Of a DNA stretch of 55,533 bases, positions 41,568 to 51,762 are shown piece by piece. Source of the DNA: Candidatus Limnocylindrales bacterium (GTDB lineage: Bacteria > Chloroflexota > Limnocylindria > Limnocylindrales > CSP1-4); NCBI GenBank assembly GCA_036561685.1, contig DATBOX010000162.1:1-55533 (forward strand), in the 5' to 3' direction. Under the pieces are notes generated by a model. It saw only the letters and a program-made list of their open reading frames with translations. It searched no databases and was not told the origin of the DNA. Each line of letters opens with the position of its first letter. The first letter of the stretch is position 1. The translations under genes were made by a program, and so were the position numbers.

Positions 41568-43186
41568 GGCTGCTCCACCGGCGCGGCCGATCCCCCGTCG
41601 ACGTCGGCCTGGATGGCGGCCTCCACGGCTGCCTTGTCGGCCGACGTCGCGGCGACGACCTCCTCGGGCAGCGCGGCCCCCGGCTTGAGGTTGTGGGCGG
41701 CGCGCAGGAGGGTCGCCTCGTCGGCGCCGGCCGCCGGCATCTCGGCGACGACCTGGCCGCCGAAGATGACGATGACGCGGTCGCAGGCGAGCTGGATCTC
41801 CTTCAGCTCCGAGGTGTAGAGGAGGATGGCTGCGCCGGCTGCCGCCAGGTCACGCAGCAGGATGTAGATCTGGGTCTTGGTGCGGATGTCGATCCCGCGC
41901 GTGGGATCGAAGCAAAGCATCGTCTTCACGCCGCTGGCGACCCAGCGCGCGATGGTGACCTTCTGCTGGTTCCCGCCGGAGAGGCGCCGCACCTCGCTGC
42001 CGGCACGGGCGTCGATCTGGAGCGTGGCGACGGCCTCGTCGACCTTCTTGCCCTCGCGGCCGAGGTTGATCCAGCCCCACTGCGTCAGGCGCGCCGAGAA
42101 CGGCAGCGAGATGTTCTCGCGAACCGAGCGCTGCATCAGCAGCGCCTCCGCCCGGTCGGCGGCCACGAAGACCATGCCCTTGCGGATGGCGTCGGCGGGG
42201 TGCCGGAAGGAAACGGGCTTGCCGTCGACCGACAGGGTGCCGGCCGCCGGCCGCTCGGCGCCCGAGAGCAGGTCGAAGAGCTCGTCCTGCCCCTGGCCCT
42301 CAAGGGCGACCACCCCGAGCACCTCGCCGGGGTAGAGGTCGAACGTGGCGTCGTGCAGGCGACGGCCGTCGCTGAGCGCTTGGGCGCTGACGCGGGGCTG
42401 CCGATCCGCCTGGGCGGCCGCGGCCACGACCGACGCGACCTGCTGGCCGAGCGCGACGGCGCCTTCACCGAGCATCAGGTCGACGATCTTGTCCTCCGAG
42501 CCGGCGGTCACGTCGACCACGCCGACGGTCTCGCCGTTGCGCAGGACCGTGGCGCGATCGCAGATCGCCGCGATCTCGATAAGGCGATGCGAGATGAAGA
42601 TGACCGCCCGGTCGTTGCCCTGCTGCTGGACCACCCGGAGCACCAGCTCGGTCAGGTTGGCCGGGAGCGCCGCTGTGATCTCGTCAAGGAGCAGCACGTC
42701 GGGCTCGATGGCCAGCGCACGGGCCAGGTCGACGATGCGGAGCGAGGCGAGCGGCAGCCGTCGCGCCAGGCGCGTCAGGCTCAGGTTCGCCAGACCGAGC
42801 TCGTTCAGCCAGTGGCGGAACGGCTCCAGCGGTGTCGAGGTGAGACGGAGGTTGTCCCGGATGTCGAGATCCAGGATGACCGCGGGCTCCTGGTAGACGG
42901 ACACGAGCCCGTTGCGGCGCGCGTCGGCCGGCGAGTGCGACATGCGCTCGCGGCCCCGCACGACGATGCGCCCGCTATCAGGCGTGACCGCACCGGTCAG
43001 GATCTTGACCAGCGTGCTCTTGCCGGCACCGTTGGCGCCCATCAGGGCGTGGACCTCGCCCGGGCGGACCGACAGCGATGCGTGGTCGAGCGCGACCACG
43101 GCGCCGTACGTCTTGGAGACGTCGGTCGCCTCGAGCAGCAGTCCGTTGGTGGTGGCGGCGGCGGTGACGGTCGCGGTAGCTGTCAT
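41564..43186 (-). CDS. Sugar ABC transporter ATP-binding protein (duplicated ABC cassette)
   Basis: 540 aa. Walker A is GANGAGKST. Two signature motifs are present: LSGGNQQK and a degenerate first copy. Confidence 0.95.
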   Translation of the reverse strand: MTATATVTAAATTNGLLLEATDVSKTYGAVVALDHASLSVRPGEVHALMGANGAGKSTLVKILTGAVTPDSGRIVVRGRERMSHSPADARRNGLVSVYQEPAVILDLDIRDNLRLTSTPLEPFRHWLNELGLANLSLTRLARRLPLASLRIVDLARALAIEPDVLLLDEITAALPANLTELVLRVVQQQGNDRAVIFISHRLIEIAAICDRATVLRNGETVGVVDVTAGSEDKIVDLMLGEGAVALGQQVASVVAAAAQADRQPRVSAQALSDGRRLHDATFDLYPGEVLGVVALEGQGQDELFDLLSGAERPAAGTLSVDGKPVSFRHPADAIRKGMVFVAADRAEALLMQRSVRENISLPFSARLTQWGWINLGREGKKVDEAVATLQIDARAGSEVRRLSGGNQQKVTIARWVASGVKTMLCFDPTRGIDIRTKTQIYILLRDLAAAGAAILLYTSELKEIQLACDRVIVIFGGQVVAEMPAAGADEATLLRAAHNLKPGAALPEEVVAATSADKAAVEAAIQADVDGGSAAPVEQP

Positions 43187-43205
43187 CGGCCTCTGGGGTG
43201 ATGGA

Positions 43206-43238
43206 CCGAAGGACGCCGGCGTGGCCGGCGTCCTTCGG
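43206..43238 (-). other. Intercistronic GC-rich stem-loop (15-bp perfect arms, 3-nt centre) between the binding-protein and ATPase genes
   Basis: CCGAAGGACGCCGGC-GTG-GCCGGCGTCCTTCGG. There is no U-tract on either strand. Confidence 0.6.
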
Positions 43239-43253
43239 AGTTAGCGAATGATG

Positions 43254-44429
43254 CTAGGCGCCCTTGCAGGACGACGGGACCGTGTTCGGGTCGTAGTCGG
43301 TCCAGTTCGGGATCGAAAGGCTGAGCGGCCACAGCGGATCCATGCCCGGGACCGAGATCCACTTCTGGAGGTCGGCCTTGCCCTGATCCGTCGTGTTGTC
43401 GAGGATCTGGGGGTCAAGCAGGATCGTGTTGGGCCGGCCGGCGCCGGCGGTCTGGGCGACCGTCTGGCCGGTGAGCAGCTTGTAGGCGAGGTTGACGCCG
43501 GCACCACCGACGGAGGCCGTGTTGGTCACGGCCGCACCGACGAGGCCCGGATAGTCAGCAGGGGTAAGGAGCTGATGGACGAAGGCGCCGATGTCGGCGT
43601 CCGCGATCGGGACGAAGGCCTTCTTCGCGCCCTTGATCGCATCCACGATCTGCGCGCCCATGCCGGACGCCCAGATGCCCTGGATCTTGTCGTACTTGCC
43701 GCTGGCGATCTCGTCATTGGTGATCTGGGTGGCCGTGGCCGGATCCCAGCCAGTGAACGTTCCGCCGGGGTTCTGGACCTTGATGTTGGGGTACTTCTTG
43801 AGGGCGTTGTTGAAGCCGATGTCGCGGTCGGAGTCGGCCGGGTGGCCGGCGAGCCCGCGGGTGTACCAGACCGTGCCGGTGCCGCCCATCTGCTTGAACA
43901 GCCACTCGGCGCCAAGCTGGGCGTACTTGATCTGGTTGTTATAGAGGTTCCAGGTGTTCGGATCGGTGACGTAGGCGTCGACCGAGACCGTCACGATGCC
44001 GGCCGCGTGGGCCTCGGCGAGGGCCGGGTTCAGCGCGTCGGGATCGTTCGGGTTGAACACCAGGGCGTTGACGTTCTGCGAGATCAGGGTCCGCAGGTCG
44101 GCCAGCTGGCCGGCCGCATCGGTATTCCGATGGATGACGGTGAGGTTGGAGATCTTGCCCGTGCCGAGCGCCTTGACCTCGGCCTTGGCGGTGCAGACCT
44201 GCTCCTCGCGGAAGCCGTTGCCGACGCCGCCGCCATTGGAGTAGCCGATCGTAAAGGGGCCAGTGGCCGACGTCGATCCCGCCGGCGTGGGCGAGCCTGC
44301 AGCGGGCGTCGGCGTGGCGCCGGTGCCCGTGGTCGCCGGCGCCGTGGTGGCGCCGCTGGAGCAAGCGCCCGCGATGACCATCACGGTGGTCAGCGCTGCG
44401 AGCGCCCGTCCGATTCCGGAATGTTTCAT
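43254..44429 (-). CDS. Sugar ABC transporter substrate-binding lipoprotein
   Basis: 391 aa from ATG 44427-44429 (Met14 of the track ORF), with GGAGG 10 nt upstream. The signal peptide has the lipobox VIAGAC, followed by a Thr/Ala/Pro-rich tether and a periplasmic-binding-protein type I core. Confidence 0.9.
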   Translation of the reverse strand: MKHSGIGRALAALTTVMVIAGACSSGATTAPATTGTGATPTPAAGSPTPAGSTSATGPFTIGYSNGGGVGNGFREEQVCTAKAEVKALGTGKISNLTVIHRNTDAAGQLADLRTLISQNVNALVFNPNDPDALNPALAEAHAAGIVTVSVDAYVTDPNTWNLYNNQIKYAQLGAEWLFKQMGGTGTVWYTRGLAGHPADSDRDIGFNNALKKYPNIKVQNPGGTFTGWDPATATQITNDEIASGKYDKIQGIWASGMGAQIVDAIKGAKKAFVPIADADIGAFVHQLLTPADYPGLVGAAVTNTASVGGAGVNLAYKLLTGQTVAQTAGAGRPNTILLDPQILDNTTDQGKADLQKWISVPGMDPLWPLSLSIPNWTDYDPNTVPSSCKGA

Positions 44430-44489
44430 GGAGATAGAACCTCCGCACTGCTGCTGCCGGCGGCCCATTCTGCTACCACCGGCGCGAGC

Positions 44490-45320
44490 CTATGTCGTGG
44501 ACCCGAAGAGCGCGTCGCTTCCTCCTCCACCTCCTTGCTGGTCGATCGCGCGGGCTAGCCGCCGCGCATGCTCTCGATATGCCGCATCGAACAGGGCCCT
44601 GGACCGCTCGGCGCCCACGACGCTTGCGCGCGTGATGACCGGCGGCATGACCCCCCGAGCCACGAGTAGTTCGGCGGTCCGGACCTTGATCGCGTTGACG
44701 ATGGCGACCGCCCCGATCGTGGACCCGGGCCCAATGGGGGTTTCTAATGAGCCGATGGTCACCATCGCGTCGGCCGGCGGCGAGCACGTGTCGAGCACGA
44801 GGTCGGCCACTTCCATGAGCCGCGCCCCGGCCGCCGGCTCGGGTTCGCCCGACATCGACTGGGCCACCGACGTGACGGCGATCACGCGCAGGCCGCGCCG
44901 CTTCGCCACTCGCGCCATCTCCACGGGCAGGGCCGTCAGGCCGCTGGCGGAGAAGACCATCATCACGTCGCGCGGGCCGAAGCGGAAGTTGGAGAGGATC
45001 ACCTCCGCCAGCCCGGGGACGCGTTCGATGAACATCGCCTGGCGCTGCCCGTTCGAGCCCACCACCTGGGTGTGGAACGTGACCGACAGCTCGACCATCG
45101 GGTTGAAGCCGGGGTAGGACCCGTAGCGCGGGAACATCTCCTCGACGGGGATCCGCGAATGGCCCGCCCCGAACAGGTGGACCAACCCGTCGCTGCCGAT
45201 CGCCTCGGCGCACCACTGACTGGCCGTCTCGAGCCCTTCCGCCTGGGTCGCGCCGACGCGCTCGATGAGCGCCGCGGCTTCGCGGAGCCACGTCGTGGCA
45301 CCGGTCTCGATGGCGTTCAT
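44490..45320 (-). CDS. SIS (sugar isomerase) domain protein, UPF0309-like
   Basis: 276 aa. LFGAGHS, VMMVFSASGLTALPVEMA and VIAVTS match the phosphosugar-binding SIS fold. Confidence 0.8.
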   Translation of the reverse strand: MNAIETGATTWLREAAALIERVGATQAEGLETASQWCAEAIGSDGLVHLFGAGHSRIPVEEMFPRYGSYPGFNPMVELSVTFHTQVVGSNGQRQAMFIERVPGLAEVILSNFRFGPRDVMMVFSASGLTALPVEMARVAKRRGLRVIAVTSVAQSMSGEPEPAAGARLMEVADLVLDTCSPPADAMVTIGSLETPIGPGSTIGAVAIVNAIKVRTAELLVARGVMPPVITRASVVGAERSRALFDAAYREHARRLARAIDQQGGGGGSDALFGSTT

Positions 45321-45342
45321 GCGGCGATCGCCGAGCAGGGCA

Positions 45343-46077
45343 TCAGTAGCCGCCGTCCGCGGCGGTGGCGACGGCCGTGCGGCCGGCCTTGCGGGCGCGG
45401 AAGTCGTCGATGATGGTGGCCGTGGCGGTGGCCCCGATGCGCGTCACGCCGAGGTCCATCACCGCCAGCAGCGCGTCCAGCGTGCGCACCCCGCCGGCGG
45501 CCTTGACGCCGATGGTCGGCGACGTGTTGGCCCGCATGAGGCGCAGGTCGTCGTGGGTCGCCCCGCTCGGCGCGAAGCCCGTGCTGGTCTTGACGAAGTC
45601 GCCGCCGGCGGCCGCCGTCAGGTGGCAGGCGCGGATCTTCTCCTCGTCGGTCAGGTAGGCGTTCTCGAAGATGACCTTGAGGATCGCCCCACCGGCGTGC
45701 GCCACCTGCGCCACGGCGCGGATGTCGGCCTCCACGTCGGCGTCGCGGCCGGACTTGAGGGCCCCGATCTGGATGACCATGTCCAGCTCGGTCGCGCCGT
45801 CGGCGAGGGCCCGCTGGGCCTCGAAGACCTTGACCTCGGTGGTGTGGTTGCCGTGCGGGAAGCCGATCGTCGTGCCCACCGCCACGTCGGTCCCCTCCAG
45901 GATCGCCCTGGCGCGCCGGACATCAGCTGGACGGACGCAGACGGAGGCCACGTCGTACCGCGCCGCCAGCCGGCAACCGTCCTCCACGAAGGCATCGTCC
46001 AGCTCGGGTCGCAGGAGCGAGTGGTCGATCGCCTTGGCGATGTCGTGTTCGGTCAGGTCGTCGACGGTGAGTGCCAT
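45343..46077 (-). CDS. deoC: Deoxyribose-phosphate aldolase (DeoC family)
   Basis: 244 aa from ATG 46075-46077 (internal Met of track ORF 45343..47169). IDHSLL, ASVCV, ELDMVI, LKVIFE and FVKTSTGF (Schiff-base Lys) are present. Confidence 0.85.
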   Translation of the reverse strand: MALTVDDLTEHDIAKAIDHSLLRPELDDAFVEDGCRLAARYDVASVCVRPADVRRARAILEGTDVAVGTTIGFPHGNHTTEVKVFEAQRALADGATELDMVIQIGALKSGRDADVEADIRAVAQVAHAGGAILKVIFENAYLTDEEKIRACHLTAAAGGDFVKTSTGFAPSGATHDDLRLMRANTSPTIGVKAAGGVRTLDALLAVMDLGVTRIGATATATIIDDFRARKAGRTAVATAADGGY

Positions 46078-46103
46078 GGCTGGCTCCTGCAGCGGATGAG
46101 CCG

Positions 46104-47018
46104 CTACTTGCAGTACGGGCGCAGGACGTCCCGCGCGATGAGGAATCCCTGCTTGACCTTGTCGTCGGTGCCTTCGAAGCGGCGGTCCTCGTGCTCGATG
46201 ATGCAGTCGCCCTCGAAGCCGGCCCGGTAGAGCTCGGAGAAGACGGCCGACCAGTCCACCTCGCCAAGGCCGGGGATGCGCGGGATCTGCCAGCCCATGC
46301 CCATGGAGAAGACGCCGCGCTCGTACAGCCCGTCGCGGTCGATCATCAGGTCCTTGGCCTGGTAGTGGAGGACGTGCGGCCCGAACTCCTTGAGGAAGCG
46401 TCGCGTGTCGATCATCTGGAGGACCAGGTGGCTGGGGTCGAAGTTGAGGCCGATCGTGTCGCCCCACTGCTCCAGGATCCGCCGCCACATGCGGGGCGTC
46501 GTGGCGATGTTGTGGCCGCCCGGCCACTCGTCGTACGAGAAGAGCATGGGGCAGTTCTCGAGGGTGATCCTGCGCCCGTGATCCTTGGCGAAGGCCACGA
46601 TGGCGGGCCAGACGCGCAGCGCCTCTTCCCAGTTCTGGTCCTGGTTGCGGGCCGCGTCGCCGCCCATGAAGGTGTTGACGAGGGGCACGTCCATCTTTTC
46701 GGCGGCCGTGATGACGTGCTTCAGGTGGGTGATGACCTGTTCTCGGTGGGCCGCATCGGGGTGCAGCGGGTTGGGGTAGAAACCCAGGCCGGAGATGGCC
46801 AGGCCCTTGGCCCGCAACTCGCCCACGAGCTCCGTCGCCTGCGAGGCCGAGAGGTTCGCCACGTCGATGTGGCTCGTGCCGGCGTAGCGGCGGGTGGGCC
46901 CGCTGCTGCGCGGCCAGCAGGCGATCTCCAGGACCTCGAAGCCGGCCGACGCCCCCCAGGCGGCGACGTCCATCAGCGGGGTGGCGGGGAACGGGGCGGT
47001 GAGGAATCCCAGCTTCAT
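46104..47018 (-). CDS. Sugar phosphate isomerase/epimerase (xylose-isomerase-like TIM barrel)
   Basis: 304 aa. GFEVLEI, ITLENCP, FDPSHL and IIEHED (metal ligands) are present. The start overlaps the upstream stop (ATGA). Confidence 0.9.
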   Translation of the reverse strand: MKLGFLTAPFPATPLMDVAAWGASAGFEVLEIACWPRSSGPTRRYAGTSHIDVANLSASQATELVGELRAKGLAISGLGFYPNPLHPDAAHREQVITHLKHVITAAEKMDVPLVNTFMGGDAARNQDQNWEEALRVWPAIVAFAKDHGRRITLENCPMLFSYDEWPGGHNIATTPRMWRRILEQWGDTIGLNFDPSHLVLQMIDTRRFLKEFGPHVLHYQAKDLMIDRDGLYERGVFSMGMGWQIPRIPGLGEVDWSAVFSELYRAGFEGDCIIEHEDRRFEGTDDKVKQGFLIARDVLRPYCK

Positions 47019-48193
47019 GGCGCTTCGACCTCCTGGCGCGCTCGGGCGACCTCGACCCAGCGGCCCTGGCGGGAGCTTTCGAGCACGGCGTCCCCGACGA
47101 GCATCTCGTCATGGCCGTCGGCGAAGTTCGCGTACGTCCGCGTCGCGGACGGGGCGCCCGCGACGACATCGGCGTAGATGGCCCGGAAGACCGCCCCGAA
47201 CGTGTCGGCGAAACCCTCGACGTGCCCGCCGGGCAGCCGTGCGGCGGCGCTGCCGACGGCGTTCATGAGGGCCGGGTTGCGCAGCAACAGCTCGTTGGGA
47301 CGGTCGCGATGCCCGATCCACAGCTCCTCGGGCCGCTCCGACTCCCAGGCCGCCGCGGAGGTGGCGCCATCGATCTGGTAGGCGATGCTGTTCTTCCGCC
47401 CCGGGCTCAGCTGGGAGATGGCGCAGCTGCCGCGAGCGCCGCCCTCGAAGCGCAGCATGATCGTGGCCACGTCCTCGGTGTCGATCTCCACGGGCACCGT
47501 CTCGGCGGCCCGCTCGGTCGAGAAGGTCACGACCCGCCCGGCCGGCCGACGCCGCACCGGGATGAAGGTCGTCAGGTCGGCCATGACCGCGTCGACCCGC
47601 CGCCCGATGAGGAAGCTCGTCAGGTCGAGCCAGTGCGAGCCGATGTCGCCCACGGCCCGCAGGGCGCCGCCCTTGTCCTTCTCCAGGCGCCAGTTCCAGT
47701 CGGTGTCGAAGAGCAGCCAGTCCTGGAAGTAGTGGCCCGTGACGAGGCGCACGTCGCCCAGGCCACCCTGCGCGATGAAGCCGGCCAGGTGCTGGTTGAG
47801 GGGGTAGAAGCGGAGGTTGAAGTTGACCGCGTTCACCAGCCCGCTGGCGGCGGCCAGCGCGACCAGCTCGCCCGACTCGGCCGAGGTCATGGCCAGCGGC
47901 TTCTCGCAGATGACGTGGCGGCCGGCGGCCAGGATCTGCTTGACCTGGGCGTGATGGAGCGCGTTCGGCGAGGTGACGTGGACCACGCGCACGGCATCGT
48001 CGGCGAGCATCTCGGCGAGGCCGGCATACGACCGCGGCAGGCCCAGCTCATCCGCCCGCGTGGCACCCAGTTCGGGCGACGACTCGACCAGGCCCCTGAC
48101 CGGCACGCCGATGCGCCGCAGGGCCTCGATGTGGACCGTGCCGATGAATCCGGAGCCGATGACCGCGGCTCCGACATCAGCAAGGCGCGTCAT
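47015..48193 (-). CDS. Gfo/Idh/MocA-family oxidoreductase
   Basis: 392 aa. Motifs: AAVIGSGFIGTVH and HVICEKPLA. Confidence 0.9.
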   Translation of the reverse strand: MTRLADVGAAVIGSGFIGTVHIEALRRIGVPVRGLVESSPELGATRADELGLPRSYAGLAEMLADDAVRVVHVTSPNALHHAQVKQILAAGRHVICEKPLAMTSAESGELVALAAASGLVNAVNFNLRFYPLNQHLAGFIAQGGLGDVRLVTGHYFQDWLLFDTDWNWRLEKDKGGALRAVGDIGSHWLDLTSFLIGRRVDAVMADLTTFIPVRRRPAGRVVTFSTERAAETVPVEIDTEDVATIMLRFEGGARGSCAISQLSPGRKNSIAYQIDGATSAAAWESERPEELWIGHRDRPNELLLRNPALMNAVGSAAARLPGGHVEGFADTFGAVFRAIYADVVAGAPSATRTYANFADGHDEMLVGDAVLESSRQGRWVEVARARQEVEAP

Positions 48194-48247
48194 CCCCGGC
48201 TCCTCCTCCCACCCGCCGGCTCAAGCCCCCGAGCCACCGGGCGCAGC

Positions 48248-48261
48248 CAGTCTATACGACT
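48248..48261. promoter_or_regulatory. HutC/DasR-type operator-like box (CAGTCTATACGACT; core GT-N-TA-N-AC)
   Basis: An AT-containing patch in the 114-nt gap upstream of the Gfo/Idh/MocA gene at 47015-48193. A HutC-type GntR is encoded at the end of the same gene string. Confidence 0.3.
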
Positions 48262-48307
48262 AGAGGGGTGCCGAATGAGCGCGATGTGACGAGGCCGCAC
48301 CGCCACG

Positions 48308-49510
48308 TCAGCCTCCGGCGACCGTGCGGTCGGTGAAGTCCCCACTGACGGGGTCCTTGAGGATCAGCTTGGCCCGCCCGTCCGGCAGCACCTCGCGCTT
48401 GATGACGACCTGGCCCTCGAACGTCTCGGGCGACTTGGCGATGCGGGGCGTCGACCCGCCACGCCACGTGAACAGGTCCACCGGCTCCCACGCGCCGCTG
48501 CGGGCGGAGCGGTAGGCCGCGTCCATCACGGCGTTGACGACGTAGCCGTCGTACAGCGTCTCGCGCGGGGTCGTGCCGCCGTCCAGGGCGTCGAACATGT
48601 CGCTGAACATGTCCACGTACCCCAGCTCCGAGACCTCGTCCCCGACGGGGAAGAGCCAGCCCGCGGCCGTCTCGGCCTTCTCCGCCACGTAGCCGCCCGT
48701 GCCGCCGGCGGTGAAGACCTCGTACCCGGTGCGCAGGAAGTGGTTGAGCCAGATCGTGCCGTTCGTGCCGGCCACCTCGTCGCGCAGGTCCATGCCGCCG
48801 CGGAAGGTCCAGCTCACCTCGAACTGGCCGATGGCGCCCGACTCGAAGCGGATGAAGGCGACCGCGTTGTCCTCGTCGGCGATGGGATGGACCAGCGTGT
48901 CGGTGTGGCACATCACCTCGACCGGTCGATTGCCCTTGCCCACGAAGCTGCGGATGATCTCGATGCAGTGGCAGCCCAGGTCGATGATCGCGCCACCGCC
49001 GGTCAGCCGGCCGTCCCAGAACCAGGCGCTATGGGGTCCCGGATGGGCCTCGCGGGAGCGCACCCACGTCACGTCGCCGATCACGCCGTCCTGGACGGAC
49101 CGCACCGACTTGAGCGTCTTGGGCGTGTAGCAGAGGTCCTCCAGGTAACCCCCGAAGACGCCCGCCGCCTCGACCGCCTCAAGCATCCGCTGCGCCTCGG
49201 CGGCGTTGCGGCCCAGGGGCTTGGTCACCAGCACGGCCTTGCCGGCCGCGGCGACGGCCTTGACCGCCTCCTCATGGAGGTGGTTGGGGAGTGCCACCAC
49301 GACCACATCGGTCGCCGGGTGGCGGATCGCCGCCTGCATGTCGGTGGTGGTCTCGGGGATGGCCCACTGCTTCCCGAACTCGGCCGCCCGGGCCGCTGTC
49401 CGCGAGTGGACGACCCGCACGCGGTCGCGGCCGCGCTGCCCATGGAGCGTCATGGCGTAGAAGCCCGCGATGAGCCCCGTGCCGAGCAGCGAGATCGAGT
49501 GGGCCTTCAT
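48308..49510 (-). CDS. Gfo/Idh/MocA-family oxidoreductase
   Basis: 400 aa. [13 protein letters not shown] and AVLVTKPLG are present. The start overlaps the stop of the OYE/FadH-like gene (ATGA 49507-49510). Confidence 0.9.
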   Translation of the reverse strand: MKAHSISLLGTGLIAGFYAMTLHGQRGRDRVRVVHSRTAARAAEFGKQWAIPETTTDMQAAIRHPATDVVVVALPNHLHEEAVKAVAAAGKAVLVTKPLGRNAAEAQRMLEAVEAAGVFGGYLEDLCYTPKTLKSVRSVQDGVIGDVTWVRSREAHPGPHSAWFWDGRLTGGGAIIDLGCHCIEIIRSFVGKGNRPVEVMCHTDTLVHPIADEDNAVAFIRFESGAIGQFEVSWTFRGGMDLRDEVAGTNGTIWLNHFLRTGYEVFTAGGTGGYVAEKAETAAGWLFPVGDEVSELGYVDMFSDMFDALDGGTTPRETLYDGYVVNAVMDAAYRSARSGAWEPVDLFTWRGGSTPRIAKSPETFEGQVVIKREVLPDGRAKLILKDPVSGDFTDRTVAGG

Positions 49511-51690
49511 GCGACCGGCACCTCCGTGTGGACCGCGGCCAGCGCCGCCATCTGCTGGGCGGTGTATGACGGCCCGGTCTCGCGGATGAGCTGGGCCCGC
49601 ACGTCCAGTGGCAGGTCGTTCAGGATCGCGCCGTTGGGGTTGAACAGCAGATCCTCGTCGACCTCATAGCCGAACGCCGACCCCTCCTTCACCGCGTGGT
49701 ACAGGTTACGGGGTCGGACCGAGTCGCCGACGTTGAGGACGGCCACGCCGGCCTCGCGGAGCTGGCCAAGGAGGGCCACCTCCGGCCGGGTGTGGCACGT
49801 CACGACGTCGTCGATGGCGAGGGTCGTGCGCACGAAGTCCTTGTCCTGCAGGACGACCTCGCCGGGCCGGATCTCCACCACGGTGGTGCTCGTGAGCACG
49901 GTCACCGGGTGCGGGTAGGGCCGCGACTCCAGGACCTCCGCGTCGCCCTGCGCGAAACGCTTGCGCAGGACGTACATGTGGATGACCTCGCAGTCGGCGG
50001 CGAACTCAGGGTTCTCGGTCACGATCGTGACCTGCTTGCCGATGTGGGCCAGGAAGGCCGCCGTGTCGGTGGCGGCATAGCTGTCGCCCCACAGCAGGAC
50101 GCGTGCGCCCAGCTTGTGCAGCCGCCGCCCGCCCGGATAGCACTCGCAGGCCACCTTGGGGCAGGCCATGGCGTCCTCGAAGGGGATGACCCGGGAGGTG
50201 TCACCGGCCACCTCCGGCACGTACGAGCGGGCGCCCGTGGCGTTGAGCACGACGTCGAACTCGCCGAGCTCCTCGACGGTCGGCGCGTGGTTCAGGCGGA
50301 TGTCTACGTTGAGCTCGACGAGCTGGTCGCGGACCCAGTCCAGGTACCAGCGCATCTTCTCCTTGCCCGGCACGAGGCACACGTACTTCATGGCCCCGCC
50401 AAGCTCACCGGCCTGCTCGAACAGCGTCACGAGGTGGCCCCGCTCGGTGGCGATGCGGGCGGCCTCCATGCCGGCCGGCCCGCCGCCGACCACGGCCACC
50501 TGGACCGGCTTGGCCGTCCGCTTCATCTGCGCGTAGGCAGGGTTGCCGCACGCCGCGTTGATGGAGCAGGCGATCTCCTTCTTGGCCATCAGCGATTCCT
50601 GCCAGCAGCCGCCGAGGCAGGAGATGCAGCGCCGGATGGACTTGACCTTGCCGTAGCGGGCCTTGACCGGCCAGTACGGGTCGGCCAGCAGCTGCCGCGC
50701 GAGGCCCACGAGGTCGGTCTGGCCCTCGGCCAGGATCTGCTCGCAATAGGCCGGGTCGCGCAGCGAGTGGCTGGTGATGACGGGGATCCTGATGACCTTC
50801 TTGACCGCCGCGGCGGCATAGGTCGCCCAGCCCTGCGGGTAGGGCATAGGGTCGAAGCCCGCCCCGGCGCTCTCCTGCATGCCCATGGAGAGGTCGACCG
50901 CGGCGCAGCCCGCTCGCTCGAGGAGGCGGGCGATCTCAAGGCCCTCCTCCGTCGTGCGGCCGCCTTCGCACCACTCGTCGAAGGAGTAGCGGACCAGGAG
51001 CGGGAAGCTCCGGCCGCACTTCTTCTGGATGGAGTCCACCACCGCCAGCGGGAACCGCATGCGGTTCTCCAGGCTGCCGCCGAACCGGTCGGTGCGCATG
51101 TTGAGGAACGGGCTCATGAACTCCGACAGCAGGTAGCCGTGCGCGGCGTGCAGCTCGACCGCGTCATAGCCAGCCTGCTTCACCCGCCAGGCAGCCTCGC
51201 TGAACAGATCGACCAGCTCCAGGATCTCGGCGATCGAAGCCTCGCGGATCTCCTTGCCTTTCTCCTCGGCGTTCTCGTAGATGATCTCGTGGCCGGCCGA
51301 CCAGGGCAGTTTGAGGACGCGGTCGGTGGCGCCCAGCGTGTTGTAGCGCGGGATGGCGCACTGGCGCCCGGGATGCTGGAGCTGCACGGCGCACTTCGCG
51401 CCGTAGCGATGCATGCTCTCGGCGAGGCGGGCCAGGCCGGGGATGTAGTTGTCGCCGTCCGCCACGAGGCAGGTGACGGTGGGCCGGCCGGTCTTCATGT
51501 CCGGCGTCGTGGCGCCCACGATGATGAAGCCGGTGCCGCCGCGGGCGATGTCGCCGTGGTGGGCGATGTCACGCTCGCTGACCTCGCCGTCGGCGTGCGA
51601 GGAGCTGATGTCCGTCGGCACGTGGACGATGCGGTTGGGGAGTTCGAGGCTGCCCATCCGGAGGGGGCTGAACAGGTTCGGGAAGTCCAT
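49507..51690 (-). CDS. NADH:flavin oxidoreductase (Old Yellow Enzyme TIM barrel) fused to an FAD/NAD(P)-binding domain; 2,4-dienoyl-CoA-reductase/FadH-like
   Basis: 727 aa. Motifs: [18 protein letters not shown], the Cys cluster [10 protein letters not shown]...C (4Fe-4S) and [14 protein letters not shown]. Confidence 0.9.
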   Translation of the reverse strand: MDFPNLFSPLRMGSLELPNRIVHVPTDISSSHADGEVSERDIAHHGDIARGGTGFIIVGATTPDMKTGRPTVTCLVADGDNYIPGLARLAESMHRYGAKCAVQLQHPGRQCAIPRYNTLGATDRVLKLPWSAGHEIIYENAEEKGKEIREASIAEILELVDLFSEAAWRVKQAGYDAVELHAAHGYLLSEFMSPFLNMRTDRFGGSLENRMRFPLAVVDSIQKKCGRSFPLLVRYSFDEWCEGGRTTEEGLEIARLLERAGCAAVDLSMGMQESAGAGFDPMPYPQGWATYAAAAVKKVIRIPVITSHSLRDPAYCEQILAEGQTDLVGLARQLLADPYWPVKARYGKVKSIRRCISCLGGCWQESLMAKKEIACSINAACGNPAYAQMKRTAKPVQVAVVGGGPAGMEAARIATERGHLVTLFEQAGELGGAMKYVCLVPGKEKMRWYLDWVRDQLVELNVDIRLNHAPTVEELGEFDVVLNATGARSYVPEVAGDTSRVIPFEDAMACPKVACECYPGGRRLHKLGARVLLWGDSYAATDTAAFLAHIGKQVTIVTENPEFAADCEVIHMYVLRKRFAQGDAEVLESRPYPHPVTVLTSTTVVEIRPGEVVLQDKDFVRTTLAIDDVVTCHTRPEVALLGQLREAGVAVLNVGDSVRPRNLYHAVKEGSAFGYEVDEDLLFNPNGAILNDLPLDVRAQLIRETGPSYTAQQMAALAAVHTEVPVA

Positions 51691-51762
51691 GGCCTGGTTG
51701 CTCCTGCGTGACGAGGCAAGCGCCGTGGCTGGAGGGTGCCAGCGGCCACGCCCGACCGGACA

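Noticed and set aside
43206-43238. Calling the hairpin a Rho-independent terminator.
   Set aside because: No U-tract follows on either strand, and the hairpin lies between two genes of one transporter operon. I list it as an intercistronic stem-loop instead.
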